This document shows, one piece after another, positions 1 through 15,639 of a stretch of DNA of 64,000 nucleotides. The stretch is taken from NCBI GenBank assembly GCA_023213395.1, contig CM041465.1:176769741-176833740 (forward strand). The letters are read 5' to 3'. Below the pieces are notes generated by a model that worked only from the letters and a program-made list of their open reading frames with translations, was not told the origin of the DNA and made no database searches. The translations under genes and the position numbers were made by a program. Numbering within the stretch: position 1 is the first letter of the stretch; every line of letters starts with the position of its first letter. This stretch comes from Cycas panzhihuaensis (Eukaryota; Plantae; Cycadophyta).

Positions 1-1902
1 CATTTCCAGGCTTATACATAGTGATAGATGTAATGATATGAACTTAAACAACCAAGGCACTCACCCTCTCTAGGTCTAGCCTAGTTTCTAATCACCAAGG
101 AAAGTTTGCCACCTCAACTTGCTACTTAATACACCTAATAGATAATGGATTCCTTAACAAATTAGAGAAAGACCAATGGCATATACAAAGTGCTAACTTT
201 AAGGGTCTTAACTATTCCCCTTATAAGGCTGGTAAAATTGTCTTGTCAATTTAGGATTTATCTTGGTTAATGTTTTAAGTTGAATATTGATTTTAGGGTG
301 ATTTGCTTATAAACAAGGGTCTTTTTTTAAATAAAAGCTACAAAATAAAAGGAAATATAAGTAATTAAAGGAAAATGAGAGGTTTAGAAAGATCTTTGAG
401 TGGGCTTATACCAAGAAGAGCTACTTCAATTTCTAAGGAAAACACCTATAAAAAAACCAACCATAAACACCTTGTTAGCCTAAGAAATATACTAGAGTAA
501 TTAACTAGCAATCAACAGTAGCATAAAGTAGCAAAAGATCTTATAAAGAATGGAGTTTACCCTTCAAATGATGAGAAAAAAGCACAAGGAAGCTTAATCA
601 AAAAACTTAACTTTGATAGCCTAGAACTTCTATAAAATGGACTCATTATGGTTTAAATAGTTCAAAAAAAGAACACCCAATTGTAAAGATATTGCAAAAA
701 CAATGACAAGTACCCCTTTGTGCAAAAACCTTATGGAGGATGGGCTTAAGCTCCTTTAAGAAATAGCCCCCGGTCACAGAACTAATGCATGTAACCACCT
801 ATTGCACTGACTAAAGGGCTAGTGGACTTGAAATTTTACCAAATATAAAATAATCTTTTTGACTTTATAAAAACTATTAAAAATAGCTTATAATATTTTA
901 AAGCTTATCTCTTATGACTAAAATATGGTCATATGACAATGAATGTGGCCAAATAGAAGGGGCTAATAATCTAGATTTGAGCCAGATATCAAAAGCAACT
1001 TGATTTAATCAAACTTTATGAATTTAAAGTCATAAATTAATAATAATAATAATAATAATCAAATGAGTCTGTCATTGAGCCGCACAGACCCATACAGTAA
1101 ATGAATAATTGACATGATAGAATGAGGCCCAAAACTCATTATTTTTTTCTTATTTTTGCTCCAAATCTAATCAAGGGAGGATGCAAGGGCTAAATATACA
1201 TGTTTAGAGGTGATTTTCCTTCAATGAAGATAAAATGAATGTAAATAGATTTTAGGATGTGTGGAGGTGTTGGAAGTAAATCTGGCTAAATCCTAACTTA
1301 AATATGCATGAAATTGCTTCGTACAATCACCCACTAATTGAGAGCAGGGCCAATACACCACCAAGGATGTAGATGAGGCTCCAACAAGTTGATTTAGTTT
1401 AATCTAGGGTTGAAACAATGTGAACAAAGTTATTTTTGTCTAAAAAATAGGAATGAGAGCTCTTGGCACTACAACTAGATTAAATACCTGTAATATGAGG
1501 TTGATACGAGCTAGACATAGACTACGATCACTTTAGAAAGGCTATGTACACCAAGAAATTTATAAAATAAAGGAGAAAATATAAGAATGGGGTGTCATTA
1601 TAAGGATACAAGCCTCTATTCTTCATTAGTTTTTTAAAAAACTACTAGACAAAGCATGTACAAGTTCTGATACCATGTTAAAACACATCCAAGGTCTGAA
1701 ATATGCATGTATCTGATATAATACAAAGCTGAACTACTTCTTATTGATTATATATAAGCTTTATTATTGATGCTCTTATAAGGTCTTTGTAAGATTCCAT
1801 GTTAAAGCTCTAATACTACCCTATCATAGCCCTATCGTATCTAAAGGCTTATTGTGACCTTACTTAATTATAACTCACTTAAGTTAACCAATTGAGCGAA
1901 CA
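1..1902 (-). mobile_element. Degenerate LTR retrotransposon 5' portion (LTR + tRNA-Met PBS + decayed internal region running out of the window)
   Basis: GTTCTGATACCA at 1664-1675 is the reverse complement of a tRNA-iMet PBS and is directly followed by TGTTA at 1676 (LTR edge). The far LTR edge (~1902) is a guess. The internal region has no intact ORF. Confidence 0.45.
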
Positions 1903-2743
1903 CCAACTATATTAACTTAAACTATAAAAACTAATATAGAGTAATTTATACATGCCAGAAAACTTTTACCTAATAGACGTAATAAGTTCAAGAGAAAAGG
2001 GTTGTTTCACAAATATGACTAAGACATGCTTCCAATAATATTATCCAAGAAAAGTGTAGAATAGGCAAGGTAATTTGTTCACCAAGTAGTCAACTTGCAT
2101 GCAACTTATTATGAGTAAAATACTTCAAATCACTCAAACAAGTTCATTACCCAACTATTCAAAATCTAGATAAGGAAGTTACCCCTAAGATAGAGCATGT
2201 GATACGAGCAATGGAGTACTAGTACAATCACTCTTCTCATAAACCTAAATCTTTCCTAAATGACTTTTCTGGATACAAACTATAATTAGATATTACCGTA
2301 ATATTTAATCTTCCTCACTACCCTCATCTTTTAAAACATAATTAGGAAGTGTCATACCATATATAGTTTACCACTAAATCAATCTCTTTAGATTATCTCT
2401 TTATATAACTCACATGTCTTATACCATGTAATGTATTTTTAGCAATCTAACATCTATCATCATTAGCTCTTACTACAATGAGGTTGTGTATTTTATAAAC
2501 ACTCACACTCATCAATAATGAGGTTGTGATTCCATACCCTACAAGCATTATCCATGTACATAAAAGTAAAGAACAAGGAGGGGGCTTATTCAACCTAAAT
2601 TATTATCACAACATTAGGGGAACTTACTCAACCCTTAAAGGAAATGAGACTTTTTTAGCCTAAATTTCTTATATAAATTATAATTTAGCACTATTAAAAT
2701 AGTATAATAAGATTGAAATAATAGTTCATACATATGTTTATGA

Positions 2744-3044
2744 TGTTGGGTGTAATACCCAAATTATATTTACCTTATGTAAACTCTCTCTATTTCTTGT
2801 ATTTTGTATTAGAGTTGTGGGCCACCTTGATATGTGTGCCACCTCTAAGTAGACCAATGGGGTTCTCTCACTAGTGGTGAGCATGTATTATAAGTATATA
2901 CTCTTCATTGTTCATAATTGAATTTTGTTGAATTCTCCACATATTGAGTTTATTGTTGTACATACTTCATCTTTTTGTACTTTATTATTTATCTTTTACT
3001 CACCATTAGGGTTTTATGTGATTATTGCATTTTTTATTCTAACA
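2744..3044 (+). repeat. 5' LTR of the TA-carrying element
   Basis: TG...CA termini, followed by the Met PBS, aligns to 7776-8075. Confidence 0.85.
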
Positions 3045-3747
3045 TGGTATCAGAGTGACCTGGTTGGCAATCCTTTAACTTCACGACTCAATCATGTGAC
3101 TGCATAACTTATTTTTTGGTATGTAAATAAATTTCATTATACTAAGGTTTAACTTTATAAATTGCCATTTATTATTTAAATTTTTCGATTAATATATTCA
3201 TATGTTTATACCCGCATGGCTTCATTGGTTTCAATCGACTCTAGCTTCTTTGTCTTCAAATGAAACTACTCTATATGACTGCTTGTTGTGATCAACATTG
3301 AATTTTCTAGCCTATGCTAAAAACCATTCTCAATTTAGTTGCCTATTTTGAGAAAAATCTCTCTCTAAACCTCCATTCTTTGTTTTGATCTAGTTTCACT
3401 CTACTACTTCATTCTTACTCCACAAAGCTCTATTTGCCACAAAAATTTACTAACAACTAGTTGTCCTAGATATCTAGTTGCCCCTAAAATCTCATATCAA
3501 TCCATCTCCCCTATGGTGAGATCTAGCCTCATGAGCGAACTCGACTCCTATTTCAAGTTTCTCACCATTTTTTCTTTATTTTCTTCAAATATTTTTGAAT
3601 TTTTTTTATAGAATTGGGTCTACCCTGCTTGGGCACCCCTTGTGTAAATATCCCAGCTTAGATCTCTAATCCAATAAAGCAATTTCATCTCTATTTATCC
3701 TCGTTTTCCTCTCTGACCTGTGCGCTAACTACATTTTCCTCTTACTT

Positions 3748-6557
<2,810 letters not shown>

Positions 6558-7775
6558 TTTTTTATCACTTTTTTTCGTGTGTTGTTGGCCTGACTTGTGA
6601 GGTGGATTACTACACCTCTCCCCGTGTTGCATTTCAATCGATTTGATCGATATTTCTTCTCTGGTTCACCTCTGGTTCCATGCATAAGTTATTGTTTGGC
6701 ATCCGTTTAATCAAAGTTATAATATCACATTAATTTTATTATTATTAAGATTTATATAAATTTAAACATTATTTATAATCTTTTAACTCCATTTGTAAAG
6801 GTGCTAGCCCCTTAAGGCCTCAGCCCCCTTTGCTATCAACACCAGGTCATATGGAGGTATTATGTGACATGCAACTAGCTCATGGAGAGGGCTAGTCTCC
6901 ATGTTTATCATTTTCTAGAGAACAAGTCACTTTTTTGGCTATATCTTGAGATTGGGAGGTCCTTTTTCAATCCTATCTATTGCGTTGGGTCTATAATAGA
7001 GAGACCTTTAATTTGGCAAGTCATTTGACACATTTTAGAGTTATTTTCATGGAGATTTTTTAGTTCAAAGTTACAAGTTCCTACTTGTCTTCATTTTTTC
7101 TTAGCTTATATTGGCACATATTGCATTTTCAAGGTTTCTTAATGTAATGTACCTCAAATTGGGGGGATGACATATACCATGGTCTTATTTTTTAGCTCTT
7201 AAAGAACCCATTATGATCATCTTGTACTTAATTTACGAGAGAGAGTCATATATGCTATACTCAAGTCACATATCATTTTTTAGTCATGTAAAAATATTTA
7301 ATACTAGTTATTTTGCCTATGGTGGCAAGTTGTTAGCACAAAGAGACATCTTTTAGCCCATGTGGCATTTTTGAGGCCATAGTTCCATTGTATTTCTGGC
7401 CATTATATACCAAAGAAGTGTTAGTCCTATTGAGCAAGAGGTAGGACATACTTTTAAAAGCTACTCTTTCCTACCATGTGCCATGTACTTCTTATATATT
7501 TTTCTGCTTGCACTCCCATATGAGCAAAGGGTGGGATATTATTCAGCTACTCTTGCCAGCTCCTAATTAATCCATGTATACAAAGGGAGTTTCTACCCAA
7601 TTAGTGGTTGTATTGGATGATGACCCATGTATTCTAGTAGATGGACTCCAGTTCATATAGACTTTGGTAGTTTTTTTATTATGTACAATAGCATTTGTGA
7701 TCTAGCAGACTTTTGAAGACTTAAGTATATCATTGATGTGATGACATTTATGTAATTGACTATTACACTGGGGAA

Positions 7776-8075
7776 TGTTGGGTGTAATACCCAATTACAT
7801 TTACCTTATGTAAACTCTCTCTATTTCTTATTTTTTATATTAGTGTTGTGGGCCACATTAATATGTGTGCCACTTCTAAGTAAACCAATGGGGTTCTCTC
7901 ACTAGTAGTGAGTATATATTATAAGTATATACTCTTCATTGTTCATAATTAAGTTTTGGCCAATTCTCCACACATTGAGTTTATTGTTATATATACTTCA
8001 TTTTTTTGTACTTTATTATTTATCTCTTACTCACCATTAGGCTTTTATGTGATTATTGTATTTATAATTCTAACA
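7776..8075 (+). repeat. 3' LTR of the TA-carrying element
   Basis: Preceded by PPT GGGGAA, TG...CA termini, aligns to 2744-3044. Confidence 0.85.
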
Positions 8076-8758
8076 AATATTACTTCCCAAAATAATGAGC
8101 ATGGTTTATACCACTTAATCTTACTTTCTTATAAATTCAACTATGAAAAAATACTAAAGCCTCCATCATTAGATTCAGATACTTCTCTTTCATTATTCCT
8201 ATAAAAATTAAGCTTTAGAGACTAAGTCTAAGCCTTCCTAAAGTTCTCTAGTTACTCTTGGGTATTTCATTATCTCTATCCTGCTCTTGGGCTTACACTT
8301 CTCTAAAAATATTTCTCTTATGTAAAAGATGAAAGAAAAAATATCCCTTTTCTCTCCCATATTTTAGACTAAATTCCTTCTTAAGGGTGAGTCGTTTCAC
8401 TACCATTATGGCCCTTAAGTCTAAATGGAAAGGTCCATATAGTGGTGGTTGTAACAGCGCACATAATTATTACTGTTAAAGTAATTACTAACCACCTTCT
8501 TAACCAACTAATAAAATATGTCTTTGCATAGGAAGTCCTTTTGTGATCCTTACCTATCTAGGTGTATAGTGCCTTCAATATAAACTCAACAAAACTAGTT
8601 TAACATCATTATATTAATAGATGAGAATGTTATGAGTGAAGCTATAAAAGTCTATTAATTACACTTTCACTTTATCAAGTTGTACTCATGTACTTCGACC
8701 TAAATGGGCATACATCATATATATGTATAATTAAAATTAATCACCCAAGGATGTAGGT

Positions 8759-11700
8759 TGAGATGACCCCTTCAGGGTTTCCTTTACACCTAATCAAAAA
8801 ATCAAAATTTAAAACACAAATAGAGCACAAATGGATATAAAAATAGATACCAAAAGTTCACACTAAATGGGTGGCAACAATTTCTCATTCAAAAGCTAGT
8901 TTCCTTTACATCCATAAGGCCTTAAATAAGCAAAATAACCATTTAGTCCATGAATCTAATTAGAGAGGCATTTGGCCTTTATTTTAATTAGTGGCCCTAA
9001 GCAACCCATGCACACATTTTAATAGCTAATATTAACATTTACCTTTTACTAGCAAAAGTACCTTCACTAGGGTTTAGTTAACCACTAGCAATTATATAAC
9101 AAGTCCCCTCCCTTAAGATGTTGAGTCCTTGTAGCATAAGAGGCGTGCATATTGCTTGAAAAATTCATCTAGTTCCCATGTTACTTTCTCTGGTCCATTA
9201 CACCAAGTGCTTAAAAATGGTTCTATTTTGGAGACAACAGTATTTGGTTTCTAAGATACGATCTAGAGGAATGGTTAGGAGTTGTTCTTCCATGAGAATT
9301 AGGAGAGTGGTCTATGGGACAATGGACTTGCTAAGGAGATTTTTAAGGCATGAAACATGGAAGACATTATAGATCTTAGTATCAAAAGGGAGTTTAAGGG
9401 CATATGCAACTTCCCTAATATATTGGCTAACCTTATAGGGACCATAGTATTGAGGACTAAGTTTATGATTTATGCTATGATGAAGTGACTACTGCTTATA
9501 AAGTTAGAGGCAAACAAAGACCATATCACTAATGGAAAAGGTTTAATTAGAACAGTGGTGGTATACAAGTTACTTCATGTGATTATGAGCTATGGCTAGA
9601 TTTTACTTGAGTGTGTTTAGGGTTTGGTCAATGTCTTGCAATTTCTGTTACACCGAGGTTATACACAAGTTAGTGGCCAATGTATGAAGGGATGGTAGGG
9701 AATAATCATAAAGGGCCATGAATGGAGATATGCCAATTATAGAGTGGTATGAAGAGTTATACAAATATTCCACTAAAGCTAGCTAGGAGGTCCATCATTT
9801 TTTATGTTTAGATACAAAACAATGAAGATATATATCTAAGGTTTGATTAAGAACCTCTGGTTGACCATCTATCTAGGGGTGGTATGAGAAACTCATGTTA
9901 AAGAAGGTGCCAACTGTATAAAAGAGTTCTTACCAAATGGAAGATGTGATTTTGGGTTCTCAATCAGAGACTATAGTGGATGGAAAACCATAGAGGCAAA
10001 AAATGAATTAGATATAAAGGTCAGCTAGGCGGAGGGCTTGGTAGGATGTGTGGACTAGTAGAAATTAGGTATATTTTGTTAGTCGATTAATGATTACCCA
10101 AATAGAGTCATTTCTAACTGAGGGTAGAAGACCTGTAATGAAGTCCATTGTGATATCTTACCATTTGCCCTGTGGTATTTGAAGGGATTAAAGGAGCATA
10201 GGCTAAGTCTTCGTGTCTGCCTTATTATGTTGGCATATGTCACATTCTGCTATGAAGGTCAATATAGAGGATTTCATTTGAGGTTAGTAAAATTTAGAGT
10301 AGATGTGACAATAGGCCTTATCAAAACCTGAGTGACCTTCTAAGGGGGTGGTATAGTACTCGATCAAGATACAAGGAATGAAGGAGGAGGATGGATGGAA
10401 AAAAAATCTATTTTTATAGAGAAGGTGAGTGTTGTACAAGGTCCAATCCTTATGAGTAAGAATCTTTAAGGACCACTTACTAAAATTAGGTTAGGATTAG
10501 TTATCATCAGCTAATTCTTAGAGCCACATAGTTTAAGAGGAACAGATGGCTTATAACATAGGCTCAAAGGGATCTAACAAGAGACGAGAGAGAACATCAA
10601 CTACAACAGTTTCTTTACCCTTTTTATAAGATATAGTGAAGTCAAACACTTGGAGGTGATCAACCCACTTTGCTTGCTCTTCAAAAGGGATAGGCTAGTC
10701 AAGGAGACAATAGAGACTATTGTGGTTGGTTAAAATAGTAAATTTGGATCCTATTAAATACTGACAATACTTATCAACTATATGGAAGATAGCCTTCATT
10801 TCTTTTTGGTAAGTTAAAAGTTGACATTCATGGTCTTTTAGTTTTTAACTTTCAAAGGTAATTAGATGAAAATCCTATATGAGGACAACTCCTAAGCCTA
10901 CGTTGGATGCATTTCATTTAAGTTGTAATGGTTTGGAAAACTCTAGGGTGGTCAATACAAGGGTGGTACATATGAGGAATTTAAGATGGTTGAAGGTATC
11001 ATTGGTATTAAGGGACCATTGAAAGGAGTCCTTATGAAGTAAATTAGTTACGAGTGTGATAATAAAAGCATATTTTTTAATGAATCATTGATAAAAGCCT
11101 ATGAGTCCAAGGAGAGCTCATAGTTGAGTAAGAGGCGTAGGGGTGGGCTATATGATGATGGCTAAAATTTTATCAGGGTCCACTTGAACACCTTCTATCA
11201 AGATGATATGGCCTAGATATTAGAGTTCAGTCTTCCCAAATTCATACTTAGTTAGTTTGGCATAGAGTTTATGTTGGGAAAGAAGTTGAAGGGAAATTTC
11301 TAGATGCTATAGATAGGTATATATATAAGAACTATAAATAAGGATATCATAAAAAAAGAAAATGATAAACTTATAAAGGTGATGACCAAAGATCTTTTTC
11401 ATTGGACCTTGAAATATGGTTAGGGCATTATACAATCCAAAGGGCATAACCTAGAATTTGAAATGCCCAAGGTGTATTCAAAAATCAGTCTTATAACGGA
11501 CTTCAAGGGCAATAGGGATCTAATAGTAACTTGATTAGAGATCCAATTTAGAAAAAATAGTGGCCCCATAAATTTCATCTAGCATATCATCAATGTAAGG
11601 AGTAGGGAATTTATTTTTAATTGTGAGTTTGTTAAGCTCATAATAATCAACATAAGGGTGAAATGAGCCATCCTTTTTTCAAATAAGCATAATGGGGATT

Positions 11701-14700
11701 GTGTATGGATTTTTACTAGGTTGGATTATTCCTACATCCATAAGTTCTATTGTGATTTGTTCGATTTCATTTTTCTGAAAGTAGGAGTTATAATATCGTC
11801 ATAGGGTAATGGGGTTATAGGGGTTTTTAAGCTTGATGGTGTGGTGGAAACCTTAATCTAGGGGAGGCTATTAGGAAGTGGGTCAAAGATAGATTGATAC
11901 TTGGTGAGGATGGGTTGGATGTCAAGGTGAATGTCAACTTGAGATTGAATATTATTGAGATGAACTATGTAATCAACGTTATTATTCAGTTGTTGTCTTA
12001 TTTATTTTGGGGTCAAGAGTTTATTGGGAGGTGGTTGAAGTCCATGTAATTTGTGGGTTTGTCCAAAGTGGTCTTTAAATAGAATGAATAGGTTTAAGGA
12101 TGAATTATTAGTGTTATTCTTGCCTAGGGTTTGGAGCCATTAAACTCTTAGGATGATGTCAGATCCACCTATAGAAAGGACACAAAAATCAAAATCTAGT
12201 TGGTATGTGCCAATTTAGACATGGAGATTTTTAATAAAGCCTACACAGTGGAGTTTATAATACCCTAGTAAAGAGAAAGTGAACCTAGTTTTAGGTACTA
12301 TGTATAGGTTAAGCTTTCTAGCTAGGGAGATATCAATGAAGTTAAGCGATGTGCCACTATTAATTAGGATGGTTATAGGATCTTCTTTAATGTACCTTTG
12401 ATGCATAGGGATTCAGGGCAAGGCGCAGACTCAACAGTCGAGGAAAAAATAAAAGGAGAAACTTTTGGTTCAGGTTTAGGATCTATGGGAGAATCAATAG
12501 TGGGGTCTTCCTTAGGCTCAATGTTTATATCTAGATCTTCATCAATTAAGGTTATAGGATCAATAGTGAAGACCACACACTTGGCTTTACAGACCTTGCT
12601 ATGTCTAGAAGTCCATTTCTCTACATATTGGATGCAAAGACCTGCTTCCTGGTATATGTTAGTTTTGGTAATAGTCACTCACTTAAACCCTATAGTTTTT
12701 TTAGCTAATGGTCATTCTATTATAGGGCATTCTACTATAGGGCAATCATCCCAATTATCCTCCCATCGGGATCATGGTCATTGTGTGTCTGATGGGTGTG
12801 AGCGTAGATACCAAGGTGTATCCCGTCGAGAACTGAAAGTGTACTTAGTTACAAATTTCTCATCAACTACTTTTGCCATAGTTATAGCCCATCTTAAAGT
12901 ATTTGGCAGGGATGTTTTTAGCCACATTTGGATGCAATCTTTGAGACTAGCCATATAGATTTAGACCAATGTAGGTTGATCGAGTTACATTTTGACCCTG
13001 TTCTAAAGAGCTTGGAACTCATTGGTGAAAGCTTTGACTGTCAAGGATTGTTTTAGTCAAGTGAGCTAGCTTAAAAAGTTTTGGTTCTATATGTCCTTAT
13101 ACTACTGAAAGAAGCTTTTGTAGAACTGATCCCAAGATTAATTTACTGTGTATTCCCTCTACCACCATTGAAACCAATGATGATCTTGCCCATCAAGATG
13201 GATAGATACATAGATAAGGTGGTCATCAATTGACATGGAGTGGAGTTAGAAATATAACTCCAACTTATTAATCCAACTCTTTGCATTGTCCTCATTTAAC
13301 TCTAGACCAAAAATTAGGATATTGATTTTATAAGGGAAGGGTAGCTATCATGGATAATTCTAAAATGGAAGAGATGGTGACGTCTTCTGTTAATTGGTTG
13401 GCCCTATTGAATTTGAGGTACTTCCTTAATTGACAAGATATCTGAGTAGTTGCGAGGATTTTGTAATATCAATTTGAATATTTAAAAATTTACTTTTTAG
13501 GTCTACAAATTCTTTTGCATTATGGTTATTATTATTGTTGAGTTATTCTTGTATGTTATAAAACTCATCCTTAATGGTTGTGAAACTACTTTTAAGTTGT
13601 TGGAGCTTATCATCCCATTTAGTTTCCATCATTGATTGTGAGCACTAACTTATGTGAGAGAAGATGATTGATTAAAATGGGATTAGATAGAATAATGGGA
13701 TTATACGAAGTGGAAAGAGGAAGAAAGAATGAAATGATGAATTGGGGATAGATAAGAAAGGGATTTAAAGCAGATGGGGGTTAAGTGAGAGGATGAGAGG
13801 GGGGTAGGGGCTAGGGTGTCTACAGTTAGTTAACCCCAAAGTACAACGGACTCACTTGATGCACCAAAACGAGTATGAAAAGCCCATCGAGATGGGGTAG
13901 GTAAGTTTTAAGTGAATTTTTTTATTAGTGGGGCCCACGGGTAGCCTAGGTACTAATAAACGTGAAAAGTGACTACAAAAACTACCCTAGTGCAAAATAA
14001 CTAACAAGACATGCTAATCAAACTAAGGTATATAAATTTCAATGGTATTTTTTTTACTGTGAAGGAGTACTAGAAATCATGACTAAGTGGATTTTTTTTT
14101 TTTTTTGCTCTTCTTTTCTTTTCTTTAGTTTAAATGTTATGTTGTGTGCTCTCAAGCAAAAAGTAAGACAAGATGTAAGTGATACAAGGTGTCCTACCAA
14201 CCACTAAATAAGGTGTGCTTGGTCTTATAGGCCTGCTAATAAAATTTTAAAATAGAAATTTGAGGTAGGTAGCTTTGTGGCACTAACTGCTAACCATTAC
14301 ACTATAAGACTTCAATGACTAATAGTTTATCTATACTAAGGAGGATTTGGAAACTAAAGGAGTCCTCCTATATTCCTGAAGGTACATAGAGGCACACTTC
14401 CATAGCTAGGTTCTATCTAGGGTTTGGTTCAAGAGTGTTACCTCTAGTCCTTTATATAAGAGATGGAAAAGCCATGATGTACTTAGCCTTAATGACATAT
14501 CCCTATGATATTTAAAGACCCCTAGTATAAGGTCTCTAACTAACTACTTAGGTAGCCACCCAGTGGTGTTATCTACCTAGGAAGAAAGATAAGAGAAAAA
14601 AGGGTAGCCTCCCAACGGTGTTATCTACTGTTGGACTAATAATTTAATGTAGAAATTAAAATAAAAGAATGAAACTAAAAAAATGAATGCAAAGCATAAA

Positions 14701-15260
14701 GAAAATGGAGTACTGGCATTACCTAAGGGAAGATTCCCCTTCCCTTGCAACTCTTGAGTTGTGTTGGTACTATTCCTTAATTTATGTGGAAAGAGTACTA
14801 AGCAAAGGTCTTTCCTTGATCTCTACTTGAGTAGAAAGAGTACTCAATCTGACAAAGAAAAAGAAAAATCGTTTTTTTTAATCTATTGAACAACTTCCCA
14901 TGATCGTGAACATAGTTATGATACCATTTGATATAATTCCTTCAAGGATTCCTTTATACCTGATCAAAAAACTAAAATACAGAACACAAATAGACAAAAG
15001 AATGGGCACCAAAAGTTCACACTAAATGGGTGACAATACTTTCTCATTCAAAAGCTAGCTTCTTTTATATCCATAAGGCCTTAAACAAGCAAAATGGTTG
15101 TTTAGTCTATGAATCTAATTGGAGAGGCATTCAACTTTTATTTTCATTGGTGGTCCCAAGTGACCCATGCACATCTTTTAATAGTTAATATTAACATCCA
15201 CCTTTTACTAGCAAAGGTACCTTCACTAAGGTTCTACCAACCACTATCAGTTATGTAACA
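8759..15260 (-). mobile_element. Full-length but decayed Ty3/gypsy chromovirus (Reina-like) LTR retrotransposon
   Basis: LTRs 8759-9101 and 14929-15260. Reverse PBS GTTATGATACCA at 14915-14926. Reverse PPT TCCCCTCCCT just after 9101. Minus-strand remnants in gypsy order: gag (WINKLELYF...HWFQWW), protease (ILINSGTSLNFI), RT ([18 protein letters not shown]), RNase H, integrase (FHVSCLK), chromodomain-like tail (ILETK...LV*W...VTWE). Many stops and frameshifts. Confidence 0.9.
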
Positions 15261-15639
15261 TATGCCCTTAAATAAGGATTCCAACATAACTAGAATCATC
15301 ACAATCTGACCTTATATGAGTGAGATTTTTCTAAATTAGCATAAGGTTATCCTAAAGTGATCTTTTCACTAAACTAAGTATTGATTTTTTAATTATTAAG
15401 CATGAAAATATCAAGTCTTGCTATTTGTTAGATATAATATCTATTTGAGTAGATGGATAGCCCTTCCAAAGAGTTTTGAATTGATAAGTGGAAGATGAAA
15501 AATGACCCAGTAATGAGTGAGTTATAACCATTTTTTATGAAACACTAATCCTTCATTTTGCTACCTCACAAGTTTATCTTTTACAATCATATCCTTTTTA
15601 ACCCATTTGCAAAAATATAAGAAAGCTCTCTATTTATAA

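Noticed and set aside
12398-12958. 186-aa + strand ORF
   Set aside because: Antisense to the gypsy gag/protease junction, with no recognisable motif.
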